NCBI RefSeq assembly: GCF_009914755.1
Contig: NC_060926.1
DNA length: 64,000 bases
Strand: one strand, 5' to 3'
Source: the human T2T-CHM13v2.0 reference genome, Homo sapiens
The notes below the pieces were generated by a model. The model was not told the DNA's origin. It made no database searches and saw only the letters and a program-made list of their open reading frames with translations. Shown in pieces: positions 10,940 through 24,358 of this stretch (positions are counted from its first letter, which is position 1; each line of letters begins with the position of its first letter). The position numbers were made by a program, and so were the translations under genes.

Positions 10940-12363
10940 AGCTTTTTATGTGGCAGTTTTTTGCAGCAGCAATAGGAAACTAGTACAGACATTAGTACTA
11001 GAAAGTGGGGTACTTCCTGGCAGCTTTTTATGTGGCAGTTTGTTACAGCAGCAATAGGAAGCTAGTACAGATATCAGTACTAGAAAGTGGGGTACTTCTA
11101 TAGCACATACGAAAATATGTGGAAGTGGCTTTAAAATTAGGTAATGGGTAGAGGCTGAAAGAAGTTTAAGAAACATTATAGAAGTGCCTGGGGAGTCTTG
11201 AACAGAATGTTAGTTAGTTTATGGGCATTCAAAGGGTTTCTAGTGAGGGTGCAGTAGGAAGTGAGGAGCACAGGAGAAAAACTTATTGTCTCAGAGAATA
11301 CTTTAATTGTTATATGTAGGCTGTTGGTAGAAATATGGATATTAAAAGGGCTGCTGTTGGGAGACCAGAAACAAATGAAAAATATGGTACTAGAATCTGG
11401 AAGAAAGGGGATCCTTGTTATATAATAGCAGGAAACTTAGCTGAATTATATTTTCTAGTTGTGTGGAAAGGAACTGTATCTGATAAACTTGGATATTTAG
11501 CCGAGGAGATTTCTGAGCAATGTGTTGAAGATGTGGCTTTGTTTTTTTCTTATGAAATGTGAAATGTAAGAGGAAAGATATAAATTGAGGGCAAAATTCT
11601 TATGCAAAAGTGAGCCAGGGCTTTCAAAACATGCTACTATGAGGGGATTAACTGTCAGGAAAGCATGCTCTGAAAAAAAAGCCAAGTGTATGGCTTGACA
11701 ACATTTTGCTACTGTCTGGAAGAGATCAAACAATCAGACTATTTAATCACACAGGGGACTATGAAGAGATTAGGCATGTGACTAGGCATGAAATCCAGAA
11801 AGGTAACTCAGCAGAAGCCATAAGTAGTGATAGAATTGTCTAGAAAAGATATGTACAGGAGTTTCTTGTCTGATAAGATGAAGCTCCTGACATATGAGGA
11901 AAGTAATAGTGGTACAACCACAAGCAAGAAATGTTAGCACTTTCTAGAGCAAGCTTGTCCAAACTGCAGCCCACGGGCCCCATGTGGCTCAGGATGGCTT
12001 TGAATGCGGTCCAACATAAATTCGTAAACTTTCTTAAAACATGATGTTTATTTTAGTTCATCAGCTGTTCTTTTTTATGTGTGGCCCAAGACAATTCTTC
12101 CAATGTGGCCCAGGGAAGCCAAATAATTGGACACCCCTGCTCTAGAAGCTGGAAAAGACAAGAAACAGTTCCTAGTCTAGAATCTTCAGAAAGAACTAGC
12201 CTTGCCCAGCATCTTGACTTCATTACGTTGAAACTTATTGTGTACTTCTGCCTCCAAAACTGCAAGACAGAGCATAGTATGTGTACGTGTGTATATGTGT
12301 TTGTGTATTTAAGTTACTCAGTTTGTCATAATTTGTTTATAGTAGCAATAGGAAACTGTTACA
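10940..12363 (+). mobile_element. MLT1 MaLR remnant: end of 5' LTR, internal region, partial 3' LTR
   Basis: LTR end CAGCAATAGGAAACTAGTACA is followed by internal AAATATGTGGAAGTGGCTTT...GGTAATGGGTAGAGGCTG. A second LTR end TAGCAATAGGAAACTGTTACA closes at 12363. Confidence 0.8.
11950..12139 (+). mobile_element. MER30 hAT MITE, internally shortened
   Basis: CAAGCTTGTCCAA...TTGGACACCCCTG, with 8-bp flanks TTCTAGAG/CTCTAGAA that fit the hAT TCTAGA target preference. Confidence 0.9.
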
Positions 12364-13734
12364 GAGATTGGTTCCACTTGAAATTATTAGGTATGTACAT
12401 AGATTAAGGGAGAAATGAGTAGATCTGTCATAATGGATTATAGGTAGATTCTTTTGGGAAAAATGTGTTGCACACAATTACCTTCATATAACTGTATTAG
12501 GTTGTTTTGCCGGGTAACAGTAAAAAATGCTCAATCCTGGCACATTCATTTATTTTGAGTCTAAAGTATACTGCCAATTTTTTAACTTCTAACTTAGTCT
12601 ATTAGTACTTGTCCCACATAAAAAGAATTTACTTTATTTTTTTATCTTTTTTTGTATTTGATAGGGGCAGGTAGCTATTGCAGAGGAAATAATCATTCTG
12701 AGAATAACTGAGAGGTTAAAACTTTATTTAAAAAAAAACCTCTGAATCAATATTTGGTGAGGTGAGAATGTCCATTTCATGCTGCTATTTTATCCAAATA
12801 AAGTTAAAGCATTGTAGAAATGTATGGCTATATGTTAGGACTTGAGATACTAAAATAATTAAGGTGTATAGAGTTTGGCAACCTCTAGATATTATTCGTG
12901 TATTATTTTTAGTTTATGAGGTTACATTCAACTTGTATCAATCTATTCTGTTCATGTGGTCACTCATTAAATAGAAAAATTGAATGCCACGCACATTTCA
13001 CTAAGCCCTTTGCTTTTTCTCATTTAAACTATTTCGATAACAGAGTTATATGATAAGATTATTCTATAAATATTGACTTCTTAACAGAGCATCTTATTAA
13101 AAAGTATGGCATTATATATGCAAGGGTTTTTAGCATAATCAAACTTCTTTACCTCATCTTATAAGTGAAGGTTACAGTTTTCTGCTGTAAGCTGGACACC
13201 AAAGCATATGTGATCAAAAACCCTACAAATATTAGTGACTATGGCATCATAAAAATAAAATAACTAACCCAATATTTATTAAAGTCAATTTTTATAACTT
13301 CAAGCTTCATCATTAGGTGCTGTGATATTTGCCTAATTTTTATTACCCCCCAAAATGTTATTAGAACAAAAATTAATAGAAAGCCACTGTAAAGAGGAGC
13401 AATTTGATATTAATTTGTTTTCCATCACATCAAATAGTATGGAAAGTTTCCAGGCCCTTACAGTAGGAAATTACAGGTAGGATGTTGAGGTCTGACAGCG
13501 TTCTGAGTGACAGGTTTTTCTGTTTCTCTAGAATGAGGAGGCTCCAAAACAAGAAATCATAAACTCACACATATTCTGACAAATTTAACTCTCTCATTAT
13601 TGTGAATCAGCTAGAAATTTTATTTTAATCATCATACTTCTGGATGCATCATTTTGCAACCCTCATTGCTTCTGCAGGTGGATTATAGGAGAAAGCCTTT
13701 GTTATGTCTGATTAGGCTCCTTAAAATCTCCTTG

Positions 13735-13830
13735 ACCTCGGCCAAATTCTTTGAATTATCTGAGATCACTCTTCTGGTCTGCATAATGCTTATTTTCTTA
13801 CAGGTTTGTAGTTGCAAAACTTGAAGTATA
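13735..13830 (+). mobile_element. MIR fragment
   Basis: Degenerate MIR core: GACCTCGGCCAAATTCTTTGAATTATCTGAG...TCTGCATAATG. Confidence 0.45.
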
Positions 13831-14169
13831 CTAATGTTGTGTAGGGTTTTCCTGAATTATGGTATTAATAATCAGAAACAGATTCAATATTCTTCAAATA
13901 TTTACACCATCTCAGGTAAAATGGATTTTCCTTTGAAATAAATCATGGAAGCAAAAACCTCCAAAACATTTGTATTTACTTTGCCTGTGTCTTAATCTAA
14001 TAGTAAGGCAGATATAAATAGAGAATAATAACATGCTATGATATTACTGGGTGTCATATTCCCAGGAGTTAGAAAAATAACATAGCAAGGCAGGTGACTT
14101 CTAATAAGTACCTTTTTTTTTTCATTAAAAACAACATGTGCCCTAAATAAAAATAACAGTAAATGGAAA

Positions 14170-14358
14170 GTGCCATTGGCATCATATGAAATAATACACA
14201 CTTTACAGGCAAGAACCCTGTACAGTATGTCTTATTATTTCTATTTGACTGATGAAGGAATTGGAGATGGGTGAACCCAACTATATCACTCAGCATCACT
14301 CAGCTTGTAAGTTGCAAGTGTCTCTTATTTCAATGCCTGTGCTCTTATCACCATATGA
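14170..14358 (-). mobile_element. MIR fragment
   Basis: AACCCTGTACAGTA...ATTTGACTGATGAAGGAATTG...GCCTGTGCTCTTATCACCA. Confidence 0.5.
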
Positions 14359-15234
14359 TGACACTGCCAAAGAAATGTGTTGGCATGAAAGTAAAATATT
14401 GTGTACTTTGGATGATGGATGGAGCATTTTATTAAAGAGACAGACTTATTCTGCATTCCCTCAGCCTTCCTTGTAATAAACCTTTCCATTCTGTAAAAAA
14501 GTTTTCATTGTTTTATGTTTTAAAATATTGCTTCTTTTCTTTTTTTAATACTGAAATTTAGTAAAATATTGCCACCTTGAATGATTTACCTACTGAAAAA
14601 TATGCAATGCACCTAAAAAGACCAATTATGCCATTTTTAGGTTTCACAGAGTCAGAATTTCTAAGAAACAACATCTTTGTTTCTGTGATACTAGTGGATG
14701 ATTATACACATGAATCTCCAGCAAATTGTCTAGTTTGTTTAATTACTTATGTAAAATTATCATTTAGGATATTGTTTATTCATGTTAAAAAACTATTCTT
14801 ACATAATTAGAATTTATATTTTAAATAGAAGAGAGGAACTATGCTTGATACTGTGTGATGAGCCCACAAGTTTAGTCCCTCACTGTTTGCTGTTTTATGG
14901 TCAACTAACTTAAAAATTGGTGTGATTAAAACAAAACATAAAAATTTAAAAAAAAATTGATATAGCCTACAAAAGACTTTTTCTCAGATTCTTATTATGA
15001 TTTAAATAGCAGACTTGCTTTTATGGCATGACAGAAGCCCTGGGGCTAAGAGATAAAACATCTTCTCTCTGTTACATTAAATCTGCTATCTGTTCTATCT
15101 GTTAAACTAAAACCTGGCATTTATAGCTTTGAAATATATATTACACATTAGAGATGTCCTAATTTTCTGTGAGCTAGTAAATCTCATTGTTCTACTTGTA
15201 TATTTTATGGAGCCCATCAATATTATTGCTTTAC

Positions 15235-15452
15235 TGTGTGTGTGTGTGTGTGTGTGTACATATATATATACAGTATGTATGTACATACAGTGTGTATATA
15301 TATAGTATGTGTATATATACAGTGTATGTGCATGTACATATAGTGTATATGTGTATATATGTATACACACCGTGTATGTATATGTACTGTATATATGTGT
15401 CTACGTGTGTATGTGTGTGTGGTATGTATGTGTATGTATGTGTATATATTTA
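15235..15452. repeat. (TG)n/(TA)n compound low-complexity tract
   Basis: Direct inspection. Confidence 0.9.
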
Positions 15453-15456
15453 TAGA

Positions 15457-15793
15457 CTGGTGGAGCATCCCTAATCCCAAAATTCAAAACCCAAAATGCT
15501 TCAAAATCTGAAACTATTTGAGCACAAACATGACATAATGATAGCTTTGCTTTCTGATGGATCAATGTACACAAGCTTTGTTTCATGCACAAAAGTATTA
15601 AAACTATTGTATGAAATTACCCTCAGGCTGTTTTTATAGGTGTATATTAAATATAAATGAATTTCATGTTTAGACTTGAGTGCCATCCTTAAGGTATCTC
15701 ACTATGTATATGCAAACACTCCAATATCTGAAACAATCAGAAATCTGAAACACTTCTGGTCCTAAGCACTTTGAATAAGGGATGCTCAATCTG
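15457..15793. mobile_element. Tigger4b (MER46/Zombi group) non-autonomous DNA transposon
   Basis: TIRs CTGGTGGAGCATCCCTAATC and AATAAGGGATGCTCAATCTG+TA. Internal TTTGCTTTCTGATGGATCAATGTACACAA and AAACACTTCTGGTCCTAAGCA. Confidence 0.85.
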
Positions 15794-16009
15794 TACCTGC
15801 AGTTAATCATCATATATACAAACACACACACACGCATACATATATACACACACATATATGATTATAACTTCAATTACTTATATATATGTATATGTAATTA
15901 CTGCAATTATGTATACATATATGTGATGCAGAAATAAGAGTAATATATGCTTTTCCGGCAAGTGACTATTTCTTTCCATATGGGCATAGTATTTTTGTAT
16001 AAAATAATA

Positions 16010-18393
16010 CAGTCATACCTTGGAGATATTGTGGGTTCACCTTTAGACGACCACAATAAAGCAAATATTGCAATAAAGCCAGTCAAAGGATTTTTTTAGT
16101 TTTCCCAGTGCATATAAAAGTTACATTTACACTGTACTGTAGATTATTAAGTATGAAATAGCATCACGTTTTTAAAAATGTGTATTACTTACCTTGATCA
16201 AAAATATTTTATTGCTAGAAGATGCTAACATTCATCTATGCCTTCAGCAAGTCATAATCTTTCTTCTGGCTGAGAGTCTTGCCTTGATGTTGGTGGCTAC
16301 TGACTGATCAGAGGGATGGTTGCTAACGGTTGGGGTGGCTTTGGCAATTTCTTAAAATAAGACAACAATGAAGTTTGCCACATTGATTGACTCTTCAGGA
16401 ACTATTTCTCTGTAGCATGCAATGCTCTTTGATGACATTTTACACACAGTAGAGGTTTTTTGAGAATTGGAGTTGGTCCTTTCTAACTCTGCTGCAACCT
16501 TATTAAGTCTACATGATAGTCCAAATTGCTTGTTGTCATCTTCATAATGTACATAGCATCTTCATGAGGAGTAGATTTTATCTCAAGAAATCAATTTCTT
16601 TGCTCATCCATAAGAAGCAACTACTCCTTCTCCAAGTTCTATCATGTGATTGCTGCAATTCAGTTGCATCTTCAGACTCCACTTTTAATTCTTTGTCTTC
16701 CTATTTTCACTACATCTGTAGTTACTTCCTCATGTAAAATTACAAACCCCTCTATGTCATCCATGATGGTTGAAATCAATTTCTTTTAAACTCTTGTTAA
16801 TGTTGCTATTTGACCTCCTCCCATGAATCACTAATGTTCTTAATGGCATCTAGAATGGGGAATTCTTTGCAGAAGGTTTTCCATTTACTTTGCCCAGATC
16901 AACCAGATAAATCACTACTTATGACAGCTATTGATTTATGAAATATGTTTCTGAAATAGCAGTACTTGAAAGTCAAAATTACTCCTTGATCCATGGGTTG
17001 TAGAATGGTTGTTGTGATAGCAGGCATAAAACCAACATTAATCTCCTTGTACATCTCCATCAGAGTTCTTGGGTCACTAGGTGCATTGTCAATGAGCAGT
17101 AATATTTTTAAAGGAATTTTTTATTTTTTTCTGAGCAGCAGGTTTAATAGTATTATTAAAATATTCAGTAAGCCATGCTGTACACCAGATTTATTGTTTG
17201 ATTTATAGACTACATGAAGAGTAGATTTAGCATGTATTTTAAGGGCTGTAGGATTTTCAAAACAGTAAGTAAACATTGGCTTCAACTTGAACTCACCAGG
17301 CCCACTAGTGCCTAGCAAGAGACGCAGACTGTCCTTTGAAGATTTGAAGCCATACATTGACTTCTCCTCTCTAACTATGACAGTCTTGAATGGCATATTT
17401 TTTCATCATAAGACTGTTTCATCAACACTGAAATCTGTTGCTTAATATAGTCATCTTCGTCAGTGATATTACTAGATCTTCTGGATAACCTGCTGCAGTT
17501 TCTACACCAACACTTACTGCTTCACATTGCACTTTTATGTTATGGAAATGGCTTTTTCTCTTAAACCTCATGAACTAATCTGCTAGTTTTAAACTTTTCT
17601 TCTGCTGTGTCCTCACCTGTCTAAGCCTTTATATTGCTGAAGAGAGTTAGGGCCTGGCTCTGGATTAAGCTTTAGCCTAAAGGAATGCTGTAGCTGGCTT
17701 CATCTTCTATCTAGAGCACTAAAACTTTCTCCATATCAGCAATAAGGCTTATTCACTTTCTTATCATTCATGTGTTCATTGGAGTAGCACTTTTAATTTT
17801 CTTCAAGACTATTTCCTTTGCATTCCAACTTGGCTAACTGTTTGATGTGAGGCCTAGCTTTTGACCTGTCTTGGCTTTGACATGACTTCCTTACTAACTT
17901 AATCATTTCTAGCTTTGGATTTGGTGAGAAACATGTGACTCTTCCTTTCACTTGAACACTTAGAGGCCATTGTAGGATTTTTAACCCATTTGGCTTAATT
18001 TCAATATTGTTTTGTCTTCAGGAATAGGGAGGCCCAAGGAGAGGAAGAGATGGAAACAAACAGCTGGAGAGCAGTTAGAACACAAACAACTTTATTAATT
18101 TTGTTTTCATCTCAGAAGGGCATGGTTCGTGGGACCACAAGACAATTAAAATAGTAACATCAAAGATCACTAATCACAGATCAACATACAGATATGAGAA
18201 TAATGAAAAAGTTTGAAATACTGTGAGAATTATTAAAACGTGGCATAGAGAAACCAAATGAGCATATGCTATTGAAACAAAGGTGCCAATAGACTTGCTT
18301 GATGCAAGGTTGCCACAAACCTTCAATTTGTGAAAGAAGCAACATCTGCAAAGTACAATAAAGGGAAGCACAATGAAATGAGTTATATGCTTA
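16010..18393 (-). mobile_element. Tigger1 DNA transposon, near full length (about 2.38 kb)
   Basis: TA+CAGTCATACCTTGG at the left and GAGTTATATGCTTA+TA at the right. It is colinear with 3415-5631. Transposase peptide REEKSMYGFKSSKDSLRLLLG...FKLKPM is on the minus strand. Confidence 0.95.
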
Positions 18394-19587
18394 TACATTA
18401 ATATAATCTATTATATAATTATAAAACATAATATTATATAATAAATGTATTAATAGTGGAACTAAGGAATATATTAATGTATAATATATTAATGTGATGT
18501 ATTGAGATATTAATAAAAAATTGATATAATATTAATAGTATTTTATATATACATATATTGCCCATATATTTTAGAAAACATAGTCATTTACTGATAAAAG
18601 CACATATTACTCTGATTTCAAAATGTAATTTCATAATAAAGTGGGCAATAGACTTAGTTGATTATTTAGTTGCCCACTCTTAGTTAATAATGACCTATAC
18701 GGCCAAACTGTTACTTGAGTAAAGAATGGACCAATAATTTGATACATGGTAAATATGATTTTTTTCCACATAAAATTATAAAACATGTGTATACATTTGT
18801 GGCACCTTTAAAAATAATAAAAATAATAATTTTTATATTCTGACAGTAAAATCACAAGAATCTCTTCTTAGTAAACAAGGATAAATTGTTCAGTTGCAAA
18901 AAACATAAAAAGCAATAGCTTTTATTTCTTCAGGTTTTCCTTATTATAAATGTGCAAATAAGGTTACATTTGGGGAGAAATTTTCCTCTGTTTTGGGAAA
19001 TTTCTTTCTGATCAAATAATCTACCTAAAATAGACAGGTTTCCGCAGATTTTTATGCAGTTTGCTAGATATTTTTTTCTATATAAATAATGTAATGTATC
19101 TGCTATGGGAGAGGGTTTCTGACAAGTCTACATTATTGGTGTTTTTCTTGTGGACAAATGATTTTTCTAAAGCCTGAGTGGATAATGGACTGGACTTTTA
19201 GCTATAATAGTCCTTATTTCATCTATGTTGTTTAACTTCATCTATATTGTTAATTTCATGTGTATTGTTCAATCAATCTATTATGTGTAACAAGTATACA
19301 CTTAGCTAGGTTCAGATTACATAGTGTGGTGGAGAAGATCATGTGATGGCCAAATGCCCTTGCAAAGAAAGACCTGCTACTCTAGCAGCTGGGAGTACTT
19401 CAGCCCCTTCTCTGGCTGCCTCAGCTACACAGAGCTGCCACAGGGCCTGAATTGTAACACAGCTTCTCCCTTGGCCTCTAATAATCATGACTGAGGTTCT
19501 CCTTCCTTGAAGAGTCATCCAGCCTGAAATCCAGAACTCTGAGAGGCTCAGAGGAGACAAGAATTCCATTGTGGAATACATACATGT

Positions 19588-19589
<2 letters not shown>

Positions 19590-19623
<34 letters not shown>
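19590..19623. repeat. (CA)n microsatellite
   Basis: About 17 uninterrupted dinucleotide units. Confidence 0.95.
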
Positions 19624-19624
<1 letters not shown>

Positions 19625-19719
19625 TTTAAAATTATTTTTTCCTTTTTATTCCTCCTGCTGTGTGTGCATGTGTGTGTATACAAATATGTATATATGTGGT
19701 TTGTGCAAGCTTTTTTCTT

Positions 19720-19940
19720 CTTTTATTTAATATCATGTGAGCATTTTCTGAGATAAATAAGAAATCTAGGCAAATTTTGTGTTTTTAAAAATAATCACTT
19801 TGCATAGCTGTGCCAATATTTATTTAACTAATTTATATTATTTAGCAATAGCTTTCTATTCTTCAGGTTTTCCTTACTATAAATCAAGCAACACTAAATG
19901 TCTATAAATTTTTGTGTACAAGAGTTACTCTTTTATCTCT
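19720..19940 (-). mobile_element. L1ME-type 3' UTR fragment
   Basis: GTGAGCATTTT, ATAGCTGTGCCAATATTTATTTAAC and TTACTATAAAT resemble the old L1ME 3' end. Confidence 0.4.
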
Positions 19941-20439
19941 CCTATGACAATTCCGATTATTACAAATTTGAATTTATGAAAAGCAATTCAATATATTTTA
20001 TTTATAGATACAGTGGTTTCATTTTAAAATATAAGTGGGTCCAATAAAATGTTAATGAATAACAAAAATCAGAGCCTAAATAAAATTCAATTTATTAAAA
20101 TAGGTTTTTAAATTTTTGATGAGTGTTGAATTAATCATGAGTTTTTCATCCAGGTCTTTTATTTTGAGAAAATTACAAAATTTTATAAACCGGATCTCTC
20201 GTCTTCAATTATTTGTTCCCCATTAAAAAAAATTACTGTGCCCTGGAAACTATAAAATTTTTAAGGCAAACTTTTTTTTCAAAACTTTTGAGTTAATTCT
20301 GCCCTATTAAAAATTTTTATAACTTGTAATTGGATTCACTAGTTTTTATTACCATCTATAATACTTAAACAGTTTATAACCAGATTTAATGATGTTAATC
20401 TGCTTTCCAGGATAATCTGTAATGCCTCTGCTTGCTTGT

Positions 20440-20600
20440 TATCTAATATTTATTACATATATACATAAATGTATATATATCTAATATTTATTAGATATAT
20501 TAGATATCTAATATTTATTAGATATACACATAAAAATGTATATGTGTGTATATATATGTGTGTGTATATATTTGTGTAAATATATATACGTATATACAGA
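20440..20600. repeat. AT-rich tandem and low-complexity tract with three copies of quasi-palindromic TATCTAATATTTATTA(G/C)ATAT
   Basis: Direct inspection. Confidence 0.8.
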
Positions 20601-21539
20601 CGCACACTTTTTTGCCCCAGCCACCTCTAGCCAGATGGCATATTATTGGTTGTAGTTATAATACTATATTTTTTGTTGCACCTAATTAGTTACTGATGGA
20701 AAAGTCCATATAACTTAAACACCTAAGTCCATATTAAATACATGTGGATCATTAAGGAAAACTGCTTCCAACAAATTCAAAAAATACAAGTATACAAAGG
20801 AATTTCTGTACTCAAATATCCCTGTTTCTTTTTTAATATTTGTTGCTCGTTTTCAAACTGGAACAATGTATGGAAATGTTTTGCCAAATGCGTTATATGT
20901 TTTTGTTTCATTTAAAGAAAACTTACACTATCAATATTGAATTATATCATCCACTAGTAAAACCAACTGCTTATGTGTTACTTTTTAAAAATTATTTTTC
21001 TAAAACATCTTACCCACCTCCTAGCCAATATTGTGTTTAAGCTGGGATTCACAGGCCAAGTATTGGGGGAAGGAGTCTCTGTCACTGATGAGCAACTAAA
21101 GATCAATATGTCCAAGATTACCCAGGATCTCCAACATCTAACAGGTTTTTAGATTTTCCTTGGGAAATGTTTTCCATTTTTTTCTACTTCTCCTTGGGAA
21201 ATAATACCTTCATAAAATTAGGGGAAAAGATATCATCATTAAATATTATGTTAGCTGCAGGGTTTTTTTTATTATTCAATTCTATTTAATTACAAAACTG
21301 CTGCTCATAACCCATGGAATTGATTTCTAATTCACTCATCAGTCATGACCCGCAGTCTGAAAAATGCCAGTACAAATAGAACCCAAAAGCTAAGATCTCA
21401 CCTTTTAAATGTTTCACAAAAGTATATAAAAAAGGAGAAAATATATGGAAAATAAAAATTGTTTATACTCGTATTTTTAGTAAATGTTTCTTTCTTCTTT
21501 ATGAATTTTGTAGCAAAAGAAACCAGTCAATTGTTCTCT

Positions 21540-21863
21540 GACTTTGGGGAAGAATATGCAGGCATTAGGTCAGAATTTCAGACATGCATGCCCTGGTTGT
21601 GGAAATAGGAGACCCCTGAGCACATGGCCTGCCTGGGCTTTGGGCTTCCTTTCCTGGTGGTATGCCAGCAGGAAGGAAGCTGCTGTCACTGAGGTGTGTG
21701 TGTTCCTTCACTGCATCCTGTTCTGGGATCATTCATGTGAATAAATGCAGTCTTCTTCAGGCATGATGATGAAGTCTTTCCTCTTGTTCTGTTGGTGTGC
21801 GCTGCTTGTGGGACTTGTGACTTTGTCTGCTAAGTTTGGGCCATAGTCTCATGTGGCTGAAAC
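21540..21863 (+). mobile_element. Possible old ERVL-type LTR 3' part
   Basis: GC-elevated block with AATAAA about 115 bp before a ...GAAACA end. Family not identified. Confidence 0.25.
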
Positions 21864-24003
21864 ATCCTCTGTAGGTCTTGATTATTATTTTACTGAACTG
21901 CCATAAATTACATGGGGAATCCTGGCATGTTTGGGGTTCATAGAAATGAGGGGCAACACATAAATACAGGGACAAAGATAACAGTATTCTGCCCTGTATT
22001 GTGAGTTTATATACGTACATAAACGTATATAAATGTTTATATAAACATATGCTAATATACATACCCATTTATGAAACTTTGATTTATGAAGTAGGGTATG
22101 TGGCAAAATATGCCCTGTATCTAATGTGATGGTTTTAGAGCCCCCACAAAGTGTCAAAATCCTACCATGGGCTTTGTGGATTTTCTGGCAGCTGAGTTTG
22201 CCCAGGGATCAGCTAGGGAAAGGGAGAGATACTCGACCTCCAGGTGAGCTTCCTCCCGTCCCCCTGCTCTTGCCTGGATAGAACCTAGGACTTTGTCTCT
22301 CCATGCCACATTTTATCTCCCTAACAGAAACAACAAAGTATCCTTTTCCTTGGTTGTACCCAGATGGATTGCAGGAAATCCATCAATGCTCATTTGAGGA
22401 TAGACAGAATAATCATCCAAATGCAAGGTATAGTTTCATGTGCTACTCTGGAGTGGGCAGGAATGCTACCTTTCTTGTTATCTGTAACAAGAAATATCCT
22501 TGGGCCATGTCCTGAAATGACTTATAGGAATGCTGCAAGCAACCAAATGGAGTAATAAACAATTTATCACTAGATTGAAAATTTACCTAGTTTGCTCTTT
22601 TATTAATAACAACTAGAAAGTCATAATGATGATACAGATGACAATAATCTGAACCAAGATTTGAATAGTTACAAAATAATAACCATATATTGAGCTTTTG
22701 CTCTGTGCTCTGCTAGGGGCTTTGTCTCAGTATGTCTGTTACTGTAACACTGAGATGTACACATCCTTTTGTATGATTTTCCTTTGACACGTACATCAAC
22801 AGCACAAGGTAATAGTAGTCCCATTTTCTTTGGAATAAAATGTAGTTTTGCACATGAGCTGGATAAGTAATTTTAAAAATATTTTAAGAAACGTTATTTT
22901 TTAGAAAGCTTTTAATTCACAGAAGAAATAAGTGGAAAGTACAGAGAGTTACTGTATAATTCCTGTCCCTGCATGGCACAACCTCTCCTGCTTTCAATAT
23001 CCTGCACCACAGTGGGACATTTATTATATTAGATGAACCTACCTTGACACATCATTATCACCCAAAGTCCGTAGTTTAGGATTCACTGTCAATATGGCAG
23101 ATTCGTTGGGTTTTGACAAATGAATAATGACATGTTATCTACCATTAAAGTATCATAAACAGTGGTTTTGCTGCCCTAAAAATCCTCTGTACTCTGCCTA
23201 TTTATTCGCTCACCCTAAGCCAACTCCAGGCAACCACCGATCTTTTTACTGTTTTCATAGTTTTGCCGTTTCCTGAATGTCATATAGTTGAAATTATATA
23301 GTACGTAACCTTTTTAGATTGGCTTCTTTCACTTAATAATATCCATTTAAAGTGCCTTCGTATATTTTTATGGGTTGATAGCTCATTTTTAAGCCATGAA
23401 TAATATTCCATTGTCTGGATGTACCACATTTTATTTATCCTTTCACCTAACAGAAGAACATCTTGGTTGTTTCTAAGTTTTGGCAATTATGAATAAAACT
23501 GCTATAAGCATCTGTGTGCAGTTTTTTGGGTGGGTACATTTTTAGTTCATTTAGGTAAATACCAAAAAGTGCAATGCTGGATCACATGATAAGAGTATGT
23601 TTAGTTTTGTAAGAAACAGCCAAACTGTCTTTCAAAGTGGCTGTGCCACCTGTATTCCCATAAGCAATAAATGAAAATTTTTGTTGTTCCAAGTACTCAC
23701 CAGCATTTGGTGTCAGTGTTTTGGATTTTCACCACTTTCGTAGGTGTGCATTGATAATGCATTGTTTTAATTTGCAATTTCCAAATGACATACGATGTTG
23801 AGCATCTTTTCATATGGTTACTATCTATATATCTTCTTTGGTGAGGAGTTCAGGTCTTTTGCCCATTTTTAAATTGGATTGTTTGTTTTCTTACTGTCAA
23901 GTTTTAAGAATTCTCTGTATGTTTTGGATAACAGCTCTTTCCCAGATGTATCTTTTGAAAATATTTTCCTCCAGTCTGTGGCTTGTTTTCTCATTGTCTT
24001 TTA

Positions 24004-24358
<355 letters not shown>

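Noticed and set aside
11942-12147. MER30 flanks being exact reverse complements (TTCTAGAG/CTCTAGAA)
   Set aside because: Explained by the palindromic hAT target preference plus one substitution per TSD copy.
13804-13915. Possible exon (TTCTTACAG acceptor, CAG/GTAAAA donor)
   Set aside because: There are stops in all three frames and the acceptor lies in a MIR remnant. No transcript evidence is available.
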